Assembly (NCBI GenBank): GCA_051294905.1 | Contig: CM119372.1 | Coordinates: 35,032,001-35,096,000 of the forward strand | Direction of reading: 5' to 3' | Length of the DNA stretch: 64,000 nt | Source of the DNA: Botryllus schlosseri | Lineage: Eukaryota | Shown: piece by piece, positions 12,431 to 23,130 of the stretch | Layout: every line of letters begins with the position of its first letter | Position numbering within the stretch: the stretch's first letter is position 1 | Notes under the pieces: model-generated | What the model saw: only the letters and a program-made list of their open reading frames with translations | What the model was told of the DNA's origin: nothing | The model's database searches: none | Position numbers and translations under genes: made by a program

Positions 12431-15400
12431 ATTCCGAGTAAAGGACAAGAAGTGATGATTTTCGAGTGAGTTAAAAAGTAAGTATTGCAGGTATAGTTTG
12501 CTCGAAAAACCGACAAATATGAAATAGAAGTAGATGCAGTGTGAATAGTTAATCACTTGATTAAGTATAGCGCAAGCAGGCCAAACCTATACTTGAGTAC
12601 TCCAAAATGTGCAAGTACTTCACTATCGACTCACTCCACGTAAAAAGTGACTAGGTTTTAGAGTACTTTATCAGTTCTTGACAGTTTCAGTTTTAGACAA
12701 AATTTGGAATAAAAAACTAGCTCATTCAACCATTCGGAAATCTCTTCTTTTACCTATACTTGAGTGTAGCAAGTAAATCTCATTTATTATTAATTCTACA
12801 TGTACTTGTACACTTGACCATGTGTTATGAGTTACATAATTACTTTTCGCTATATTTGAAGTCTGTCAAATAGCAGTATATGTTACGGTAAGCTTCTATT
12901 CGTTCTGTTAGATCATCTTGACTAACGATATTCATTCGACGAGCCCTTCAGTGATAGTCCTGGGACTTGGAACAGTGTTATATGACATCATAGCGATACG
13001 AAGTTACGACAGTTTAAAATTATCCACCTTACGACACCAAATTTCGTTAGTTCATCTCCACCTTCAAATATCGTGTTATACAAATATTGTGTATACGGGA
13101 TGAATACATATATACTTATGTTGTTGCAATCTTCAAAAAAGTACCTCCCTCAGTAAGCAATTTCTCGTAGGCCATGCATACAAATGAGGACAGTTACATA
13201 AACGAGTGGTAACTTGTTGTATTATGTAGCTAGTAATTAGTGCAAGTAAGTCCGCAACTACTGTTCAAGGCCCTTTCCTCGTTTTTACCAAGCATCCTCG
13301 TAAGGATAGACAGACCCAATCAGCTAATGCAAGTGTGTGTACTGTGTATGTATGGATGACGGGTCTTATGCCGCTTGACGAATGAAGTTGATCGTATATT
13401 CTATTCCGAAATAATCAAGTTGGTGGTTTTTAACAGGACCTCATCTCGTAGAAACTTATAACTCCTCACGTTTACTCAAGTAAATCTAATTTGATAATCA
13501 AGTAGGCCTACTGAATCTTATTTTTCCAACGAGTTCAAATTTAGCTCTAACTTATGAGATTAAATATAATAACTTTTCATGTTGCAGTGTAATTTACAGC
13601 ATGAGCCAAGTGATTTCATAATTAACACAAGATAAATAAATGAATTACTAGAGTATCAGAAGATATTCCTGTCATCCTCCTTCGTGTATCATAAAAGAAT
13701 ACCTACTGCAGGCGATTTGTAATTATTTGCGCTGTGTTTGATTAACTCAATCATGTTGCAGTGTTTTTTAATAGCGAAACTCAGCATAATCCAAGTAATT
13801 TCATGATAAACACAAGCTAATTGAATGAATTAACATTAAAGTAGCTTGGGCTTACGTTTGTATCACCTTGACAAATGGCATTATCAGTCATGAAAATGAT
13901 ATTATCACCAAGTTAACACACGTCAATGTGGTTCGGAATTCACGAGAAATTGGTTACTAAGAGAAGTATATTCTTGTATACACACTAGCGGAGAGAATCT
14001 TTAAAATGTAGTAAGCAGGCCGATGGGTATTCGTTGAGTTGTACAAGCATAAAAAACATTCCCGCGCGCTCATGAACCTAATTCTTTCTAACCCTACCAC
14101 CTAATCCTAAGACGCGCGCGGGAATGTTTTTTATGCTTGTACAACTCAACGAATACCCATCGGCCTGCTTACTACATTTTAAAGATTCTCTCCGCTAGTG
14201 TGTATACAAGAATATACTTCTCTTAGTAACCAATTTCTCGTGAATTCCGAACCACATTGACGTGTGTTAACTTGGTGATAATATCATTTTCATGACTGAT
14301 AATGCCATTTGTCAAGGTGATACAAACGTAAGCCCAAGCTACTTTAATGTTAATTCATTCAATTAGCTTGTGTTTATCATGAAATTACTTGGATTATGCT
14401 GAGTTTCGCTATTAAAAAACACTGCAACATGATTGAGTTAATCAAACACAGCGCAAATAATTACAAATCGCCTGCAGTAGGTATTCTTTTATGATACACG
14501 AAGGAGGATGACAGGAATATCTTCTGATACTCTAGTAATTCATTTATTTATCTTGTGTTAATTATGAAATCACTTGGCTCATGCTGTAAATTACACTGCA
14601 ACATGAAAAGTTATTATATTTAATCTCATAAGTTAGAGCTAAATTTGAACTCGTTGGAAAAATAAGATTCAGTAGGCCTACTTGATTATCAAATTAGATT
14701 TACTTGAGTAAACGTGAGGAGTTATAAGTTTCTACGAGATGAGGTCCTGTTAAAAACCACCAACTTGATTATTTCGGAATAGAATATACGATCAACTTCA
14801 TTCGTCAAGCGGCATAAGACCCGTCATCCATACATACACAGTACACACACTTGCATTAGCTGATTGGGTCTGTCTATCCTTACGAGGATGCTTGGTAAAA
14901 ACGAGGAAAGGGCCTTGAACAGTAGTTGCGGACTTACTTGCACTAATTACTAGCTACATAATACAACAAGTTACCACTCGTTTATGTAACTGTCCTCATT
15001 TGTATGCATGGCCTACGAGAAATTGCTTACTGAGGGAGGTACTTTTTTGAAGATTGCAACAACATAAGTATATATGTATTCATCCCGTATACACAATATT
15101 TGTATAACACGATATTTGAAGGTGGAGATGAACTAACGAAATTTGGTGTCGTAAGGTGGATAATTTTAAACTGTCGTAACTTCGTATCGCTATGATGTCA
15201 TATAACACTGTTCCAAGTCCCAGGACTATCACTGAAGGGCTCGTCGAATGAATATCGTTAGTCAAGATGATCTAACAGAACGAATAGAAGCTTACCGTAA
15301 CATATACTGCTATTTGACAGACTTCAAATATAGCGAAAAGTAATTATGTAACTCATAACACATGGTCAAGTGTACAAGTACATGTAGAATTAATAATAAA

Positions 15401-16529
15401 TGAGATTTACTTGCTACACTCAAGTATAGGTAAAAGAAGAGATTTCCGAATGGTTGAATGAGCTAGTTTTTTATTCCAAATTTTGTCTAAAACTGAAACT
15501 GTCAAGAACTGATAAAGTACTCTAAAACCTAGTCACTTTTTACGTGGAGTGAGTCGATAGTGAAGTACTTGCACATTTTGGAGTACTCAAGTATAGGTTT
15601 GGCCTGCTTGCGCTATACTTAATCAAGTGATTAACTATTCACACTGCATCTACTTCTATTTCATATTTGTCGGTTTTTCGAGCAAACTATACCTGCAATA
15701 CTTACTTTTTAACTCACTCGAAAATCATCACTTCTTGTCCTTTACTCGGAATTTACTGCTACTAAAATGTTGAAATGGACTTCTTTTCAGTGGCCTTGGT
15801 GAGCGGTGTCAGTTTCATCTATATCCTACGATGCATTTTCGCGCCGCAGAATGACTTACCGCAATAAAAATACCAAAAATACATTGAGAATTTGCGAACT
15901 CTCACTGTGCAATATTTGAGTTTTACGAAGTACACTTCAAAGTGAGCCTATATGTTGGATATTATTCAAAACCTCATAAAATTACGCGTCGAGCGAGGAA
16001 TCCTTTAAAATAAGATAGAAGCAGTCATTTCCGAGTAAGTAAAACGTTAGTACTCCAGATATATTTCTGCTTAATACTATAACTATCATGAAGTTGAAGC
16101 ACTCCGATATCATAAGGACTTGAGAGTATTTGGTGCATGTATGCAAAAAACCTACTTGGTATACTCTGAAAAAGTACGTGTACTTCTTTACTTAGCAACT
16201 CCAAAGGTTAGCACAGTTTGTGGTATTTCGATTACCTGCTAATAAAATGTTGAAATGTAATGTACTTTTTTTTTCAGGGGTCTTGATGAATTGTACCAGT
16301 GTCATCTATTTCCTACAATGCATTTCGCTGTCGTGAATGACTTATCATTACCGTGAAAAAATAGCAAATATATACCGAAAATTTGGCAAGTCCTTCTATG
16401 CGATATTTGAGTTTTTCAATTTACATTTCGAAATTAGCCCAGTTTAATATCAACGAAAGCCCTATTTTACGAGCATAGATGCCTACAATCACGCGAAAGC
16501 TCATGCGCCGCGCATATTGCCGAATACTA

Positions 16530-16647
16530 TTCCAAGAAATTGACGCGTGTAAATGCGCCACGAATATAGTTGATTACGATTCCAAGAAGTCGGGCCACAT
16601 CGACAATATGAATTAGAACATTATAAATAAAGTTGCGTTTCCAAGAA
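16530..16647 (+). promoter_or_regulatory. Cluster of three STAT-type GAS motifs (TTCCAAGAA) upstream of a candidate spliced transcript; mirror copy at ~11536-11653
   Basis: TTCCAAGAA occurs at 16530, 16580 and 16639 (TTC-N3-GAA consensus). A TATAAATA lies at 16622, a strong donor AAG|GTAAG at 16776/16777 and an acceptor ccatttcag at 17148. Confidence 0.4.
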
Positions 16648-17148
16648 AATGCCGCGTTGGCGATACGAATTAGAATGCTTACTTCCGACGTAAAGCAATT
16701 CGCATTCTGAAAACTTCACATTTCTGTTTCAAGTATTTTCATGTGCACAGCGAATGAGGCAGGCATCGCAGGCAAGGTAAGATCCATGTATTTTCGTGTC
16801 GATTTAAACTAAATTTAGCTATGATTTCTCGATGCGGCATTAGCTTACGTGGATTGTGCACGCAGATTGAATTACGTTGAGATTTCTCCAATAGCTTATA
16901 ACGTAATAATGAGTTCTGTGCGCGGCTATAATGTTAACCGACAATATAGCCGAAGTCGCGTAAATTCGAATGTATATGCAAGTTCTCTGTTAAGGGTAGA
17001 GTCTCTAGCCCCGCTTATTACTCGAATCTCGCGGTAGTTAAAATATTATGAATTAATTAAGTGGAGCTATACTGTATATTATTTATCGTCTATATTTAAA
17101 TTCGGTATGCTAATGCGTTGAGTTTGAAGCTAACTCGCTCCATTTCAG

Positions 17149-17451
17149 GTAGCGAAGAAAATGATTACTGCATACCCGTTGACACACGCAAGCCCGGGAC
17201 GACTTACAAGCGTATAAAAATGGAACAGGTTACACAGTCCGAAGGGTGCGTTATTTCATTTCTCAACTATATTGAAAAAAAAAATCACCAGAGTATCATG
17301 GCTGAAGCTTTATCACCAGAAATTCGTTACTATGTGAGCGAAGTATTCTTGCAAAGCAACAGCACAGGCAAATTTATATTTGTTCGGTATAGACAATATT
17401 ATAGAACATTATATTTCCATTTGGAGAGAAGACGAAATTTGATGTCGTAAG
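17149..17451 (+). pseudogene. Exon-like segment of an unidentified gene, apparently frameshifted, with weak resemblance to a Schlafen/AlbA_2 domain
   Basis: AG/GT-bounded exon. From the ATG at 17220 it reads MEQVTQSEGCVISFLNY...EIRYYVSEVFLQSNSTGKFIF, with FGIDN continuing in a shifted frame. Confidence 0.3.
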
Positions 17452-17725
17452 GTAGGTTATTTTACACTATCGCAAATCTCTGTCCCTATAATGTCAGTAA
17501 TCGAATCAAATTTGACCTGCAGCGTATTCTGGGTAACCCTAACAATTCCCTTACGTAGCTGTAGAAATTTGAAAAATTAAAAGTATAAAGAAGGTTTCCA
17601 TATGGGGCAATCCTTCGAGTATTCTCAGAAGAAACTGTATAGATCCTTCAGTAAAATGGATGCGATTAAACGATGAAGAATTTTATTCCTAAAATATTAC
17701 ATGAGACAAAACATGCGAACATCCA

Positions 17726-18508
17726 TTATCTTGATAATGCCATTGCAATAGATGTCAGTCCGATTCCGACAAACACGAGTCCCTTCCAAACTTTATTGTA
17801 GTCGAAAGCGGTATTATCAAAGAATCCTACAAAGCCATCCTGCAACAAAAATAGAAGCCTTGATGATCATACGGAGGAAAGTTATCGTGTCGTAGAATAT
17901 GAATTGGGATGCGAATTGTAAGGTAAAGCTGAGTTTCATCATCTAGAGATGATATGGGCTCTGGAGAGCAGATACAATATATATCTCATGCTAAAAGATA
18001 ATTTGTACATCCCAAGCAAAGCTTGTAAATCATCTACCCATCCTCCATTTCGCACTATCCACTTTCGTCTTCTGCTAGCAATGTATTTCCCGGCTGTCTG
18101 TATGATAGCTTCTATATGCTCCCCGTGATGTTCATCCTCGTTCTTGCGAGCAAGAATGCTAGCGAGCACAAAAAGGGAGACGATCCTACCCCAACTTTCT
18201 TTGGTATCTTTGAAAATTTCATCAGCTATCATCAGGAACATTCGCTCATCGGGTAAATATTCTTTATATTTTTCATTGACTTCAACACCACTATAGCGGA
18301 GACGTTTGGAGACCGCTTTTAGGACAGTTCGATGTCGCTCGAACATTTCATTCCCAACTCGACGTAAGGTTCTCTCTGCTTTCGTATTTACCTTAACACA
18401 TGAGCCGTCGAGTTCGTACATGATAAAATTCCTGAACAAGGAATATGCTTCGGATATAATTTCATCCTTTTCTTCAGTGATCGAAGGTGATACTCGTGAT
18501 AATTCCAT
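17726..18508 (-). CDS. Bcl-2 family apoptosis regulator, Mcl-1-like, 194 aa, two exons (18508-18038 and 17839-17726)
   Basis: BH4-like EAYSLFRNFIMYEL, BH3 TLRRVGNEMFERH, BH1 EIFKDTKESWGRIVSLF and BH2 WIVRNGGW|DGFVGFF, with the phase-0 intron at the conserved GGW position. C-terminal TM anchor VWKGLVFVGIGLTSIAMAL. An in-frame stop lies upstream of the ATG. Confidence 0.93.
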
Positions 18509-19254
18509 GCTTTGAGGAGAATAGCGAGTCAGAGCTTATTTCGAGATCTAAGCTACTTTGAAAATGAGGATCCTAGGATTTTCTCAAGTTTCATCTATAT
18601 CGTACAATGCCTTTTCGTGGTCCAGAATGACTTATGGCGATGAAAAATGGCAAAAATGAAAAAGTACTCAATACGCTATCGGTGGTAGCACAAGGCAATT
18701 AATTTTATCTCGACTCAGCAGACTGACTACCATAAAATCGCATTGATGTCGTCATGAAGATAATTACCTACGATCAAAACCCTCTAAATATCACCCCCTA
18801 GCACCATATAATTGCAAAATAACGGTTGCATACTCTACATTTTGGCTTCATTTCAATTTTGAAAGTTCACGGGTCCCTTTTTATTATAATTATTATTCAT
18901 TTTACAAAAACGTCGTGCAAAGGTAAAGTACTTGTACATTTCGTAGTGCTGAAGTATAAGTTTTGAAACTATTAACTTGCCAAAATTTTCAGAATATCAA
19001 CTTTTGCGTGAAGTCTGTCTTGCATTTAGTTGTCGGCTCTGGAAGCAAGCAAAGTTTGTGGTATTTGCATAACATCGAAATTTTTATACTTCACGCTTAT
19101 CTTATATCGAAAACATAAGTTAGTTAACAATATTTCGAATCATGGGTATGAATAATTTTCAAAAACCTAAACATGCCGCATCCAAACTTCGTAAATATTT
19201 TCGATTAGTTTTTTTCGATTCTATCTACTTCATAAGACTCAGTGTAGAAGTTTC

Positions 19255-20300
19255 GAAACTTGCATGAATTACAAGCTACATAATACAATTAGTTAACACG
19301 CGTTGATGTAACTTTCCTCATTTGTATGCATAACCTACAAACAACGACGCTGAAATTCTACTTCAGACACAGCAAAGTGTGTGAGACTGCCTGTAAAAAT
19401 TGCGCGAAGGTACAATTCTCGGCTTATAGCAAAATTAACTTAGTTTTGATTAATGAAAAATATAGTGATTGAAAATAGATCACTGGATTATAGTTTACAG
19501 AAAACTCCACAATTCTATTTGACGTCCTTGCATGCCAACAACCTTCGAGCTATTCGCCACCTCATAAACACTTGAGTAGGCCTACATTTGATGCGTGTGG
19601 GGAAAACCTAGGTAAATTTTCATATGCATTTAGTCTCCAGCTCTGAAAGCAAGCTTGGTCTATGATCAATAGCAACATTTGCTTCGCAAACTCGATCCCG
19701 TGGCTGCGTAAGCATGTATTCTGCGCTATTCATAAGATGGGCGCAGGAAGCACCAGTAAAATGTACCGTTAGGCTATGAAAAGGGGTGTATTATTTATCG
19801 CCTATATTAAAATTCAGTGTGCTAATGCGTTGAGGTTGAAGCTAAAACATCCTATTTCATGCGACCAAGAAGAGTAGCACCGCGTAGGCGAATTTAGCAT
19901 ACCGAAAAATATCTACTTTACAAAATTTTCATTTCTTTATGTCCATTAGAGTCGTGTTCATGCGACGAATTTGTCCGACTCCGACTTACTTGCATGAATT
20001 ACAAGCTACATAATACAACTAGTTAACATAGAAATTAGGTGTGCTATCTTACCAATCGGTATGGAACAACATCAAAATAATCACAAAGCAATATCTCCTT
20101 TTGCGTGAATTCTGTTATGCGTCTTACTACGTTACTATGCGCACATGCTTACAGGCGTTCAAACGTGCACTTTCAACTATATTCGCTCCTAACATTATCT
20201 TTCCTCTGCATGATCATTAGGGCTTCTATTTTTTGTCGCAGGGCAACTTTGTTATAGCCGAAAGCGGTATTATCTAGCAACAAGGTTTAAATGACTCGCC
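19255..20300 (+). pseudogene. Degraded older duplicate fragments of the Bcl-2 locus and its neighbouring sequence
   Basis: 19259-19338 and 19983-20028 resemble 14932-15017. 19789-19875 resembles 17077-17165. 20198-20300 resembles the Bcl-2 intron acceptor and exon 2 (10303-10408). Confidence 0.65.
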
Positions 20301-21285
20301 TCCGACGTTTATTGAGCGTATTACCCGTATTCTCGTCATGCAAAAATTATGCATGTATTAGTATGAAGCTCAGATGCAGCAAAGTGTGTGAGACTGCTGG
20401 ACTTTCTACTATATTCGCTCCGAACATTATAGCAGCACCCGACGTTGCTTACATTATTACGTTATAAGACGCCGGCGGCGTTTCACTGTCGGTTTAATCA
20501 CCCTTATTCTAGTGACATGAAAAGGACTGAATCGTATGAAATGTAGTCACTACAAGAATCGAGCGAAAGCGCTGTTTCACGTCGTCTTGCATCGGTCACG
20601 ATTAGTTTTACTTTTCAACTAACTTGTTGTCTGTCGTTATATTCATTAGACTCGCTTTCATGCGGCTAATTTGACCTTATCATTATAACGTCGGTGATCG
20701 CGTACCTGCGGCGAAGGTGTTCGTTTAATTATAACAACGAGAACCGGACCCCTGCGGCTAGCCGTTGGCATTTTAGTGCTGAGGTAAATACCCTTATACT
20801 CGACATGCAAACATTATACAGGTAGCGGTTATACTGCGAGCTGATGAATTCGTCATCTATTCGCCCAGCGTAGTTGTTCCTAATCCCGACCTTCCGCTCG
20901 TATCGTAGGCCTATATACTACAAGCCAGTGATCGCTACATCAAACAAAACGGTCAGATCGAACGCAAGAACTCGGATTGCAGTGTCGGACGGCAGCAAAG
21001 CGGTGTACCTCGAAACATCAACCGATCTGGAGGATTTCAGCTAGTGAATCGACGCAATAGCGATCAACGATATTATTGATATGCTCTTTTTACGAAATAA
21101 AATGAACTCGTACACTATACAATGCTATTTCAAGGAGACTGAGTAAAGTGTTAGAAGATATGAAAAGCGCTGAATTCTAACGTATAATGAATGGTATTTA
21201 TTTCTCGGAAGCAAGTTATTCAATACATATTGCTAAATACACATGGAAAATCGGTATTGAAATTCACAAAACATTAGAATATCTA

Positions 21286-21438
21286 GGCGTGGCAATGGGC
21301 GTCATATAGGCGTGGTGATTAGGGTTGGGCATGAAAAGGGGCGTGGCAATTAGGATGATGTGGCAATGTAGGCGTGGCAATTAAGGAGACGTGGCCTTCT
21401 GGGATTGGTCGGTCTATAACCCAGCTAAGTCTACTACT
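21286..21438. mobile_element. Possible Polinton/Maverick terminal inverted repeat end
   Basis: Several GGCGTGG(C) subterminal motifs end in CTACTACT (21431-21438), the reverse complement of an AGTAGTAG Polinton-type terminus. Confidence 0.4.
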
Positions 21439-23130
21439 TAGATATCTTCTGAGCAAGAGCCAATCCGGCGAAACCAATGTGATATTCCTAATCAGCAGCC
21501 TCGATAACCCCAGCAACGGCTCAGATGTTCTGCCGATTTTTTTTCTTCATTTTGTAGACCAGTGTGATCAATAGTGCGATATACGAGATCTGGACCGTCA
21601 TAGTGTCGATTGGGATGCAGCCGCAATTTTGTAGATGCAGTCGGTTTCTAGTCAGAGGTATGTTTAATTGTTTATAGAATTTGTCTCAAATAAACGAGAG
21701 TTGAGGTGTTTTTTTATCCTTAGAAGTACCACAATATTTAGCAGGAGTGTCTTAAATGTCCCTCGCGGAAGAATTGTGTTCCACGATCCAAGTGACTTGG
21801 CCTGCAACTTACATATCCCTAATTTTGCCCCGTCTCCAACGTTCGATTGTGTACATATGTTTAGTGCGGTCGAGGCACACAGCCTTATCGTAAGACTATA
21901 TGTAATCTACTTTGTAACGACACAGAACTCTGAATTCCTGATATAGAAGTTGTGTAAATAGAGTCACTTTACGGTACTTGCCTATTTTCAGTGTAGCACT
22001 TCCACTCATGAAATATCCCTCTACCAATATCGAAGATGACACTCTTATCTGATACACCAGGTTTCCGTTAATCGACAGTTAACCCAGCGCCTATGTAGTC
22101 TATCCTATCCCACACAACGACCGCATTCTACGCCAGCGCAAAAAGCTATCAGGATTGTACGGTCGGAACTAATTTAGTGCTGGCGAAATTTACAATATCG
22201 TAGTTTATATGCGTCACGGCGTAATGTGATCGACGTATCTAAAATCCATTCAGTGACGTAGACGTAACGTCGATAAGCGTGATATTGGGCGTATATTATC
22301 GATTTGACTCTGGACTGCACGGTAAGCATTACACGCGAGCGTATAACGTCAGGTGAATAAGCGTTTCAGATTGATTATGGTTTCAAAGTAGGTGACTCGA
22401 TTTCGAACGGCACGCTGTTAAAGCAATATAATTCGCATTACGGAAAGCCCTATTGAATATTGAACTAGTACACCAGCAGTAAACCGATTATAATGTGTTC
22501 AAGTGTAGCGACACTATAGTTCCATTGGCATAGTCTACTGTCAGCTATACTTTACGTGTACCTTCAAATATGTTGCAGAATTTGTCTGTGTTACGGTAGA
22601 CGGAAATACCATTCACATTTGCCTTGCAAATTTTTATAAGTGATGTTCTATTTATATCTATACCTGCTGCAACAGCAATAGCAATGTTAATTCTATTCAC
22701 ACCCATGATGAATCCCTTGAATATGACTGTATATTTCAAACTTAATAGACAATACCAAACCAAGTTCAAATACACATGCATGAATTCATGAAACAAGGAA
22801 TGCCGTCACAAACCTGCCGCAGACGTTTACATCGACAATAAAATGCGATCACACTGATGTTGTTAAAACTCATTTCGGACAATAACACGATGATTACAGT
22901 TCTGACATGAGGTATAGAACAGAGATTGACTGGACGGTGTGCATGGATGCTGAAAAATAATAGTTGTGATGATGATTGCACTGCACAACACATGTGAAAC
23001 GAACTCAAACTGGAGACCTGCACCTATTCAAATCACGCGCATTGCGTATTGGGATGAAGAAGAAGATTGATCGTGATGTGACACGGAGGAAACCACGAGC
23101 AATGTCATATACGCACGTACAATAACATAC

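Larger units (their letters stand above)
10113..18072. repeat. Near-perfect inverted duplication (palindrome): arms 10113-14069 and 14114-18072, spacer 14070-14113
   Basis: Mirror-image ORFs 12918-13103(+)/15080-15265(-) and 11146-11334(-)/16849-17037(+) have coordinate sums of 28183. The only arm difference I found is a T8 versus A10 homopolymer (10901-10908 versus 17275-17284). Confidence 0.97.

Noticed and set aside
14070..14113. Sequencing adapter as the palindrome spacer
   Set aside because: The length is similar, but the sequence lacks the CTCTCT and GTTGTTG pattern of SMRTbell adapters. This does not exclude other fold-back artefacts.
11146..17037. Duplicated small ORFs (61-62 aa) as genes
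   Set aside because: They have non-ATG starts and no motifs. They are identical only because they lie in the palindrome arms.
17939..18037. C-terminus VDDLQALLGMY... of the 189-aa Bcl-2 ORF
   Set aside because: This is read-through into the intron. Splicing at GGW|DGF completes BH2 and adds the TM anchor.
2582..18508. Physical cell-death gene cluster (ZU5-HFS gene next to Bcl-2)
   Set aside because: The two genes are separated by a gap of unknown size, so adjacency is not established.
21600..23030. Continuation exons of ChAT
   Set aside because: Candidate acceptors lead to stops or lack the LCMxQY, YRxPG and HxIV motifs in a consistent frame.
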